This document shows, in pieces, positions 55,802 through 64,000 of a DNA stretch of 64,000 nt. Numbering within the stretch: position 1 is the stretch's first letter; each line of letters starts with the position of its first letter. Both the position numbers and the translations under genes were made by a program. Under the pieces are notes generated by a model. That model was not told the DNA's origin and did not search any database. It was given only the letters and a program-made list of their open reading frames with translations. Origin of the DNA: an uncultured virus (IMG/VR IMGVR_UViG_3300000243_000001) (taxonomy: Duplodnaviria > Heunggongvirae > Uroviricota > Caudoviricetes); the IMG/VR virus record IMGVR_UViG_3300000243_000001. The stretch is one strand, 5' to 3'.

Positions 55802-57784
55802 CTATCCTATATAGTCGCGCATTGATTCTTGTATAACTTCACGATGCATGAATGTCTTTTTCCAAGCATATTTTGGCTTATGAATCAATACTTTTAACAT
55901 ATTCCTATAGAACATACCTTCATCCCGTATGGTTAATGGACTATCCAATAATACATACGTTTCAACCCATAGTGCTACAGCTGGTACCGGTTCCGGTTCT
56001 GGTTCAGGTGGTAAGATTGGATCTGGATCTACAGGATCTGGGTCATCTGGTTCAGCCCATGGGTTATCATCGAAGTATCCATCCAGATATGCTTGATATG
56101 GTCCACAATCATGTACCGTCTTAGTGTCATGTCTCCATACAGCAATATTTCCATTCGGTATACCATTCGGCGATCCAGCTTGAACCCACCAAGATTTATC
56201 GTTGCGTATATTATATGTTGCTACAATATCTTGAATACTTTCAGTTCCATCTCCAGCGAATATTGTAAAAGATCGGTTAGATATTACATCAAAACATTCT
56301 TCACAATATGGGCACGGTGATACTGGTACAGGTACCAGATCATCATCTAAACCACAATCATGCCAAGTACCATTCGCAGTCCATATAACACGATGGTGTG
56401 TCATATCACCATTTAGTGTTGTTGGAACAGTTTTATCTACACGATCATCTGAAATTACATCGACTTTGGCTGGTGCACCTTCAAATGGTGATGTTGAATA
56501 TTCAATACCAAGTAGCATTGATTCAGTAAAAGATGTAGCTTCAGTGTTTGATGAATACATATTATCCCATGCATCTAAACAATCTTGAGTAGCGTCATAT
56601 CCACCAGTACCATCACCACCATCTTCACCAGGATCGGGTATCGAAATATCTGGTATTCCACAATCATACCATACTTTGTTTTCATCAATAATTAAATTAT
56701 GACCAGATACATTTTGTGGCATTCCTGGTGGGTATGAAAAGTTAGTTCGATTATCTTGATATACTTGTATTAATTTAGGGGAAGTTACAATCATCTCCCA
56801 TAGTTCAATAAAGTTGTTATCAAATGAATCTGCACTAACTGGTACTGTGCTTTTAAATGCATTACATATTGTTCCAGTTGGATCATCAGGATCGTCGATA
56901 ATTGGATCGTCTGGATCATCTATAATTGGTGCTGCAATAACTGTAACTATACATTTTCCAGATTGAGGTTGTGACCATGTAATTCTAATGCTGTTTGCAT
57001 CTACGACTACAATGTCATCTGGTGTTACTGGGTTATCATCTAAATCAAAACAACTAGCTTCGACATGTATTGTATTTAATCCATGATTAAACAACCAAGT
57101 GGTACTTGCTAACCCATCTGTAATTATAAGAGATTCGGTATCGCCGACTTCTGCTATACTTGGATCTGCAATTACAGTTACTGTACACGTTCCACCATAT
57201 TGATTATCGTGCTTGATGTATACAGAGTTTGCATCGACTATATCAATAGATACTGGAGTTATTACAGCTCCATCTGGTTTGTTACACACTACTTCAACAA
57301 ACATTGAATTAAGGTTATGTGCAATTGACCAATTTGCGGTATATTGTGCATCGATAACTATCGAATCTCCAATTACACCAGGTACTGGTTCATCTGGTTC
57401 ATCTGGTTCATCTGGGTCATCTGGAACTTCAGTACCAGGTATAATAACCCCTGGTGCCCAAGCGGTGATAGTATATAATCCAGGATCACCATATACTATA
57501 TTTTGAGGATTCATATTTGGAACTTCAACAATCAACTGTAAGTTTTGAAGATTATCGAAGATCTTATATTCATAAAGTCGCGAATTATAAGTTAGCCATT
57601 CTGCATTGAATGATTTTTCTTTGCATAAAGGACATTCTTCTGGACGATTTTCTTTATAATCATCTAATGGTATCGCCCATTCATATTCACAACTCCGACA
57701 TTTAATATATACGACTCGGTCGTAATATGTATCATATTCAAATGGAGTACAACCTCGTACTCCATTTCCTAAAACGATAGACAT
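55802..57784 (-). CDS. Zn-ribbon family protein with a large repeat-containing insert (possible virion/receptor-binding protein)
   Basis: GNGVRGC..EYD, CRSC...CPLC; two W..(A/N)H(N/G)LN repeats, three (W/V)(Y/H)DCG modules, PD/PE linkers. Confidence 0.75.
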   Translation of the reverse strand: MSIVLGNGVRGCTPFEYDTYYDRVVYIKCRSCEYEWAIPLDDYKENRPEECPLCKEKSFNAEWLTYNSRLYEYKIFDNLQNLQLIVEVPNMNPQNIVYGDPGLYTITAWAPGVIIPGTEVPDDPDEPDEPDEPVPGVIGDSIVIDAQYTANWSIAHNLNSMFVEVVCNKPDGAVITPVSIDIVDANSVYIKHDNQYGGTCTVTVIADPSIAEVGDTESLIITDGLASTTWLFNHGLNTIHVEASCFDLDDNPVTPDDIVVVDANSIRITWSQPQSGKCIVTVIAAPIIDDPDDPIIDDPDDPTGTICNAFKSTVPVSADSFDNNFIELWEMIVTSPKLIQVYQDNRTNFSYPPGMPQNVSGHNLIIDENKVWYDCGIPDISIPDPGEDGGDGTGGYDATQDCLDAWDNMYSSNTEATSFTESMLLGIEYSTSPFEGAPAKVDVISDDRVDKTVPTTLNGDMTHHRVIWTANGTWHDCGLDDDLVPVPVSPCPYCEECFDVISNRSFTIFAGDGTESIQDIVATYNIRNDKSWWVQAGSPNGIPNGNIAVWRHDTKTVHDCGPYQAYLDGYFDDNPWAEPDDPDPVDPDPILPPEPEPEPVPAVALWVETYVLLDSPLTIRDEGMFYRNMLKVLIHKPKYAWKKTFMHREVIQESMRDYIG

Positions 57785-57795
57785 TATTCACCACC

Positions 57796-59244
57796 TTAAG
57801 TATAGATAGGAGCGTCTAAATCAACTTGTCTTGTAATGAACATTTTGCAGGTATATATATCATTATTGAAACTTAATCCAGGATTACAGTCATCACCAAT
57901 CGGTATTAATCGATTACGTAGTTGATGTCTATAACCGATTATCTTTTGCTCTGCATACTTACTACCTTCACGTTTACTAACATTTGTGATTTCCAACCAT
58001 GGGTACGATGATTTGAATCCGGCAATCTGACTAGGAGTATAATCGTATCCAGATATCCATTCATTTGTAATTGGATCAGTTTCAATAGGGCTACCTTCTC
58101 CAGTTGTACCGTTAACATACAATGGGATTGGTGGAAAGATGATATCTTTACCATCTTTCAGAATTGGGGAAACTCCTGGTAGAAATACATCTGGATCATC
58201 ATTAATGTAATCGCAGTCATCATTTTCATTATATAATGTTAAATCAACAGCATCTTCACCATAGAATATATCCCCAACATTCAATACAACCTGGCCAGCA
58301 TCATAATGAGCATTAGCGACACTAGCGAGAACACCAGAGTCTTCGTCACCATATATGTAAGTGTTTACTTCTGGAATCTGACGACCCCGTCGTGGATGAA
58401 CCGATCCAGTATCTTCTTCCCAACGATCGATAGCAGTCAATTCTGTTTCATTGATATCTCTATCCCAATCGAACCATAGTCCTGGTTCAAAGTAACATTT
58501 ATAATATTGGGTAGTACCGGTACCAATTTTTCCACTCCACTTTATTGCACCCATCGGCGCATAATAATCGGCAACATCTTTTAATAACCATTTACCGGTT
58601 GGGTCACCATTATTATTTAAGTATTCTTTTGTATCTAGAAACTGTTGATCCGGTACTGGTGGAATCGAAGCTAACGGTTCGACTACAATCTTTGGATCTT
58701 CGGTATTTAATGGTGGATCTGTTATGAGTTTAATATCAACCCATGGGTAATCTCCCCAAGTGATTGGGTTACCATCTTCATCTTTAATCCGACCATTCAT
58801 CATAGCAGCATCAGGTTCGACATACGATGCTTTTCCTTGAGAACCATAGTAATTATCCGGATGGCGCAATGCATCTATGATGTATTCAAAACTTGCATGA
58901 ATCTCACCACGATCCCAAGCATTAAGAATATTATCATACATTGAAGTATTTTTATGATTCTCATCAACAAATACTTTCGGAAGAACATCAGGCTTAAAGT
59001 ATTCAATTTGTACGTTCTTGTCGCTACAATTACCACAGATAATCGGATTTGCTATAAGATCTCTAGATTCAACGTGCTGAATCGTATAGTTCTCAGTGTC
59101 TGCAATTCCACAACTCTTACATCGAACAATTGTTTTAACCAATCGATCTGGGTTATATGGTTCGGTATCGGTTCGGCCAGTAAATCCTTCGTACTCTTCT
59201 TTACTTTGAAACCCACGTTGTGTGTAATTAACACGAATTCCCAT
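57796..59244 (-). CDS. Zn-ribbon family protein (divergent member)
   Basis: RG..S.EEY, CKSC...ESRDL..NPIICGNC N-terminus. Confidence 0.7.
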   Translation of the reverse strand: MGIRVNYTQRGFQSKEEYEGFTGRTDTEPYNPDRLVKTIVRCKSCGIADTENYTIQHVESRDLIANPIICGNCSDKNVQIEYFKPDVLPKVFVDENHKNTSMYDNILNAWDRGEIHASFEYIIDALRHPDNYYGSQGKASYVEPDAAMMNGRIKDEDGNPITWGDYPWVDIKLITDPPLNTEDPKIVVEPLASIPPVPDQQFLDTKEYLNNNGDPTGKWLLKDVADYYAPMGAIKWSGKIGTGTTQYYKCYFEPGLWFDWDRDINETELTAIDRWEEDTGSVHPRRGRQIPEVNTYIYGDEDSGVLASVANAHYDAGQVVLNVGDIFYGEDAVDLTLYNENDDCDYINDDPDVFLPGVSPILKDGKDIIFPPIPLYVNGTTGEGSPIETDPITNEWISGYDYTPSQIAGFKSSYPWLEITNVSKREGSKYAEQKIIGYRHQLRNRLIPIGDDCNPGLSFNNDIYTCKMFITRQVDLDAPIYT

Positions 59245-59255
59245 TGTGTATCTCC

Positions 59256-59996
59256 TTAAATGGTTACATTATGTTGGCTAACAATGTATAATATTGCTCG
59301 ATAAAAATCATAATTTTTACGTGAAATCAAGTACTTTCCAATCTGCTGTTCCACTCGTGGTAACGCTCTCATATCATCGCCTTTTAAACGGATAATATAA
59401 ACATCGTCTTGGTCATACACATCTTCCTTCGGTACAGCTTCTTCCTCACGAAGACTGGCAGATATTCTTGTACCTGCTGAGAATACCTTAGTCATATCTG
59501 GTCCACTAAGTGTAACTTCTTCGTCGGCAAATGGATCGTTATGATTCGTGTGCCCTGATTCAAAATAATCTTCATAAAATGGTCTTGCTATACCAAACAT
59601 ACCTTCAGCTTCACCATAGTAAGCGGATTCAGTTAACCAATGAGTTCGTTCACGATGTAATTTAATAAAACGATGATTTGGATCATTAAACGTTCTAGGT
59701 TGATCTTCAAGCAAGCATACTTTAAACTTAATGTTTTGTACTTTACAATTCGGACACTCAAACGGGTCGGTTTGGAAATCACGTGACGCAAATTCTTCAT
59801 AACTCATTACACGTTCTCCAGATTCAGGTCGAACTGGATATTGGTGACTATTTGAACATTTCATGTAAACTATTGGTTCATAAGCCTCTGGTAATGGTAT
59901 AAGTTCATCTGCAGCATCTTTAAATTCACCACGAAACGTTAAGTACTCGTCAAGAGTATATAATCCTCGTCGAGATTTAGTTAATTGTATTGGCAT
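59256..59996 (-). CDS. Zn-ribbon family protein (divergent member)
   Basis: RG....DEY, CSNSH...ASRDF..DPFECPNC N-terminus. Confidence 0.7.
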   Translation of the reverse strand: MPIQLTKSRRGLYTLDEYLTFRGEFKDAADELIPLPEAYEPIVYMKCSNSHQYPVRPESGERVMSYEEFASRDFQTDPFECPNCKVQNIKFKVCLLEDQPRTFNDPNHRFIKLHRERTHWLTESAYYGEAEGMFGIARPFYEDYFESGHTNHNDPFADEEVTLSGPDMTKVFSAGTRISASLREEEAVPKEDVYDQDDVYIIRLKGDDMRALPRVEQQIGKYLISRKNYDFYRAILYIVSQHNVTI

Positions 59997-60005
59997 TAAT
60001 TCCTC

Positions 60006-61352
60006 CTAAGCCCAATCTTTGCTAGCTTTGAACTTAATAGTTTGATACATACAATGGTGAATTAGATATGGAAACTGTCCAGACTCACGTACAAAATTAT
60101 TTACAATACCAATAGGAGTATATCTGAATTCTTTAGATTCAAATGGGTTCAATATGTAGTTAATTCCAAATTGAATAAAATCAAAATGGGTATCTTTCAA
60201 TAGGTATGATGTAATTCCACTTATATCAGTTTTTAGTAATTTACTGTTCTGTTCCAATCTCTTCGTTGCATTACCAAATTCATCTGGTGCATATAACAAT
60301 GTTTCTTCTGTTGGATCAACATGTTTCGTTGATGGTATTGCTGCTCGAACTGATGATACTTTACGTTTATCAAGATCAACAGAATGTGTCGATTGTCGAA
60401 TAGATGGTACTGGTGTATTACCAGTTGCCTTTCGGTACTTAAATGCAAGATCTCTATTCTTAATAATCATCGATGGATTATCTTGATTCATTTCTTTAAA
60501 TGGGTCACCGATTTGATAACTTTTAACAAAAGTATTACCCATAAAAATGTCATCTGCATCTCGTTTTGAAGACATTGTTGATTTCTTTCCGAATTCATCC
60601 TTAGCACCCATATTGATCATGTATGCAGTTATGTCTTTTGTTGATTTAGAATCAATTCTGAAGTCATCGAAGAAATAGAATGAATATGTAAAGTGTGGCT
60701 TATACTCTGCAATAATCCATGAAGGTATAACTAGATCATTTTCTAATCTAATTAATACTTGTTCATACTTATGTTTATTAAGATGTACATTCTCGCCAAT
60801 CTTTTTAAATTCAAAACTATCTCCAAACGTTTTCTTGAGATGTGCTTCGTATCCTTTAATTAGATCCATACCAGTTTTACCGACTAGGATCTTATTGTAT
60901 GAATTAGTGTTATTCAAATAATACAATATTGGGTTCACTAGCACTATTGTGCAGTTTACGATTGTTGTATTTGGTGTAGGGTAGTCTTCCGATCCTACCT
61001 TCAATGCAATATATTGTTTAACAAACATGATGTCTGTTTCTCTACCAACATCAGCTGCACTTGGACTATTCTTTAGCATATCCAATAGCGTGCATTTGAC
61101 AGACAGTTCTGGGAAGTCACCATTTTCGATTTCAGTAGACATCGTTAAGTATGTTAACCCACGCAAGTTTATATTAAGTATTGCATAGGATGCAGTATTG
61201 GATATTGGGCATCGAACAACTGAGAATGATGCTAGATCACTAAACGTCTCACCAAATACCTTCACTTCGAATTTATACTTATGTGATGTATATTCCATAA
61301 TCAAATAAAAAAGATAGAGGAGGGAAGTTAATCCCTCCTCATTAATTTTCAT
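60006..61352 (-). CDS. Hypothetical protein (possibly structural)
   Basis: 448-aa ORF; start may instead be MEYTS at 61298. Confidence 0.65.
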   Translation of the reverse strand: MKINEEGLTSLLYLFYLIMEYTSHKYKFEVKVFGETFSDLASFSVVRCPISNTASYAILNINLRGLTYLTMSTEIENGDFPELSVKCTLLDMLKNSPSAADVGRETDIMFVKQYIALKVGSEDYPTPNTTIVNCTIVLVNPILYYLNNTNSYNKILVGKTGMDLIKGYEAHLKKTFGDSFEFKKIGENVHLNKHKYEQVLIRLENDLVIPSWIIAEYKPHFTYSFYFFDDFRIDSKSTKDITAYMINMGAKDEFGKKSTMSSKRDADDIFMGNTFVKSYQIGDPFKEMNQDNPSMIIKNRDLAFKYRKATGNTPVPSIRQSTHSVDLDKRKVSSVRAAIPSTKHVDPTEETLLYAPDEFGNATKRLEQNSKLLKTDISGITSYLLKDTHFDFIQFGINYILNPFESKEFRYTPIGIVNNFVRESGQFPYLIHHCMYQTIKFKASKDWA

Positions 61353-62296
61353 AGTAAATGTTTTTTACATATTTCAATAACGCGATCGTCTGGTATTTTA
61401 GTAGGGGCATTCTGTGGTGATCCGATGATCACATTAGATCCACCCCAACCAGGTTCGATTTTATTCAGTTCATCACGAACTGCATTTAAGTCTATAAAAT
61501 CAGAATCACTATATTGAGCGATAGTTACTTTCTTTCCAATTATCTTACTCGGTTCTTGACCGAATACATAGTTTGGATTTTTTGCAATAACACATGGAGT
61601 AAACTTATACCCATATGCGATACCTCCTCTATGATTAGATTCGACGAAACTAAGTTTCTTTGGAATGATTATCTTAGATGTGGTATTTTTGTTTGATTGT
61701 TTTAGATTGTTGTAAACGAGATTATTATACTTATTTAACTGTTTAAATGAGCCAGTTATTAAGTAATCAATCATGTTCTTAACTTTCTGTTCAATAGTGA
61801 TCTTATGGTCAGATGTCATGTATGGTAGTCCAGATGGGAGTCCATATATATTATAATCGTCGAAATTGAAGTAATCTTCTTTCTGATTCTTCCAGTTCTT
61901 TCGACCATGACGATCTGATTTTGCAATAGCTTTGAGTCTCAATATCAAGTCTCCATCTAACTTTAACTTCTTATTCAATAGTAAAGTTATAATTGCCATT
62001 GTTCCAATTGAATCAATATCTGTCTTAACAGTAGTTAATACAATTTTACCAAACTGAGTTATAATATCCAATACATTCGCTTGAAAGTTGAATATATACT
62101 CGATTGAAGTTATCTTGTTTTGATTTGGTGAATGTTGAGGATCTATTGACATAGCGCAATACTCCTCGTATTTGGGTATAGTTACTTCGATACCCAAGAT
62201 AAAGTGTGTATTACTTATGTTCGTAAAGAATTCAATTTCACCAGCCTTATTCGTCACATTTATGTGATGGTAAATGATTTCAGTTTCATAAGACAT
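61349..62296 (-). CDS. Hypothetical protein, possibly a divergent DHH-like phosphoesterase
   Basis: IDPQH, TDIDSIG, SDRHG and GWGG...IIGSP motifs. Confidence 0.45.
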   Translation of the reverse strand: MSYETEIIYHHINVTNKAGEIEFFTNISNTHFILGIEVTIPKYEEYCAMSIDPQHSPNQNKITSIEYIFNFQANVLDIITQFGKIVLTTVKTDIDSIGTMAIITLLLNKKLKLDGDLILRLKAIAKSDRHGRKNWKNQKEDYFNFDDYNIYGLPSGLPYMTSDHKITIEQKVKNMIDYLITGSFKQLNKYNNLVYNNLKQSNKNTTSKIIIPKKLSFVESNHRGGIAYGYKFTPCVIAKNPNYVFGQEPSKIIGKKVTIAQYSDSDFIDLNAVRDELNKIEPGWGGSNVIIGSPQNAPTKIPDDRVIEICKKHLL

Positions 62297-63998
62297 AAAA
62301 TTCGTCGTAAGTAATGATTTGAATAGTTGGTTTACCTTTAGCTTTTGTCATCTTTCCACCAGTACCATGCACATTATTGGTAACAAGGATAGATAATTCA
62401 TTAGTTACTGAATTAGTGACGGTAAAGCCTTTGTCTTCTGCCATTTTCTCTAACTCTGCTCGTTTCTTGTCAACTTTTCCAGTAAAGCATATTAGTTTGG
62501 TTGGTGTAATATCCCCAGCAATCATATTAACTAAAGCTTCAAGTTCGTTAATAAACATAATATTCTTCTCGAAATATTCTGAGATTTCAATTGCTCGTTC
62601 AACTCCAATAGTATCAATCAATACTAATCTATCAATATCTGCAGTCTTCAATTCTTCAAATGATAGATCTGCGAGTATCTTACGACTTACTCGTTTACCT
62701 ATACCTTTAATATTTAATGAAGATAACAATTTCCAATCATCAAGTGGTTCAGTTCGGATACGTTGTATTTCATTAAATAGCTTATGAGAAGATGTTTCTG
62801 CAAATCCATCCAGTTGAAAGATATCATTTAGAGTTACAGTTAGGATATCAGTTAGATTTTCAATACCAATATCAAGTAATTTTTGAACAGTGGCACCAGC
62901 TAAGTATTCAAATCCAAGTCTAGCTACAGAGTCAGTTAACTGTTTAGCTAACATTCCGGAACAATTTGGATTCGGACATTTAACATTTGGATCATCATAA
63001 ATGACATTAGTGCTACAATCTGGACAAATATCAATACGAATTGGTATTCTTCCATCGCATTTGGTTACATTAACGACGTAGGGTATAATCTCGCCTGCAC
63101 GTTCAATCGTCAATTCATCATTAATATTTATATCTCTATCAATAATGTTCTTTGCGTTAGACAAAGAAACTCGACGAATAGTAGCTCCAGCTATTACAAC
63201 CGGATCTATAACACCAACAGGCGTCAATCGTCCTTTACCAGATTGCCAAATGACCTGTCTTAATATCGATTTGGCTGATGGATTAGCTGCTTTATACGCC
63301 ATTTGACCACGTGGATGGTGAGAAGTAAATCCCAAACTATCTGAATAAACTTTATCAACAAGTTTAATAACTAACCCATCCGTTGGATATTCCCAAACTT
63401 TCAATTTAGAAAGCATACTGAACCAATCTAATTCACGCAACATTGAATCAGTATACGAAATTCCAAATTTACTAAACTCAACAAAAGTCAAAACTGCCGT
63501 TAGAGACAGATCCACATCATCTTGATTGACTAAACCACTAGCCATACCTCTTGGAGTCTTATAAGGAGTTCCATCACCCTTAAGGATAACCTCCTTATAT
63601 TTTACATATGTGTCTTTCTTAACGATAATTTCACCACGTCTCGATGGAGTAGGATCATCTTTCATTGGTCCATTATAATCAAGACTCTCAACGGTAATAA
63701 TTGGAATCTTATTGGAAATATCTTCTCCGTAAGTTCCATCACCTCTTGTAGCTAATGTATCGAAATTCTTATCGGCAGATAGACCATCTAGTTTAGGTTG
63801 TAAAGAATATATCTCATCTCCATTATTGTGTGTTGCATTTCTAGATGTCTTATCCAACCACTTAAACAAATCTACATCAGAGTACACTTTATCCAACGAT
63901 AACATTAGTACGGCATGTTGTATTTTACCTAGTGTAGATTTGATACACTTATCATTAATCTTAGATAATACATAACTATTTGGATTCAATGATCTTAA
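62286..63998 (-). CDS. ligA: NAD-dependent DNA ligase, 5'-truncated by the window edge
   Basis: H..MLSLDK, KLDG, TRGDG, RGE, DGLVIK, C4 zinc finger, HhH repeats, BRCT (CFTG); frame open to the window end. Confidence 0.95.
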   Translation of the reverse strand, partial: LRSLNPNSYVLSKINDKCIKSTLGKIQHAVLMLSLDKVYSDVDLFKWLDKTSRNATHNNGDEIYSLQPKLDGLSADKNFDTLATRGDGTYGEDISNKIPIITVESLDYNGPMKDDPTPSRRGEIIVKKDTYVKYKEVILKGDGTPYKTPRGMASGLVNQDDVDLSLTAVLTFVEFSKFGISYTDSMLRELDWFSMLSKLKVWEYPTDGLVIKLVDKVYSDSLGFTSHHPRGQMAYKAANPSAKSILRQVIWQSGKGRLTPVGVIDPVVIAGATIRRVSLSNAKNIIDRDININDELTIERAGEIIPYVVNVTKCDGRIPIRIDICPDCSTNVIYDDPNVKCPNPNCSGMLAKQLTDSVARLGFEYLAGATVQKLLDIGIENLTDILTVTLNDIFQLDGFAETSSHKLFNEIQRIRTEPLDDWKLLSSLNIKGIGKRVSRKILADLSFEELKTADIDRLVLIDTIGVERAIEISEYFEKNIMFINELEALVNMIAGDITPTKLICFTGKVDKKRAELEKMAEDKGFTVTNSVTNELSILVTNNVHGTGGKMTKAKGKPTIQIITYDEFYVL

Positions 63999-64000
63999 TT

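Noticed and set aside
1..64000. tRNA/rRNA genes and plus-strand protein genes
   Set aside because: No cloverleaf or rRNA-like segment recognised by eye in the short intergenic gaps; plus-strand ORFs are short, lie antisense to credible genes and have no recognisable motifs

Overview
A 64-kb, AT-rich, gene-dense segment in which essentially every credible gene lies on the minus strand. It is best read as part of a large (jumbo-type) tailed phage genome; this is inferred from the gene mix, since no capsid or terminase gene is in the window. Transcription: a complete multi-subunit RNA polymerase, with one beta gene carrying a ~400-aa N-terminal extension and beta' split over three non-adjacent genes. 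Replication: a family-B DNA polymerase split into two genes in permuted order, clamp loader, probable sliding clamp, primase-like protein, three helicases, a two-subunit type IIA topoisomerase, 5'-3' exonuclease, Holliday-junction resolvase, NAD-dependent ligase and class II ribonucleotide reductase. Base modification and sugar metabolism: QueC, QueD, QueE and a TGT/DpdA-like transglycosylase, plus the heptose enzymes GmhA (directly behind the transglycosylase gene) and a HldA/RfaE kinase. Other content: RNA-binding proteins (CspA, KhpA, two possible Sm-like paralogues), two TAXI-type solute receptors separated by a structured RNA candidate, a T4 gp13-like neck protein and a four-gene Zn-ribbon paralogue family with modular inserts. 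A recurring intergenic motif ATA(T/A)AGATATA is a candidate phage promoter. All assignments come from motif recognition by eye, with no database searches. Several start codons were moved from the ORF track to RBS-supported ATGs.
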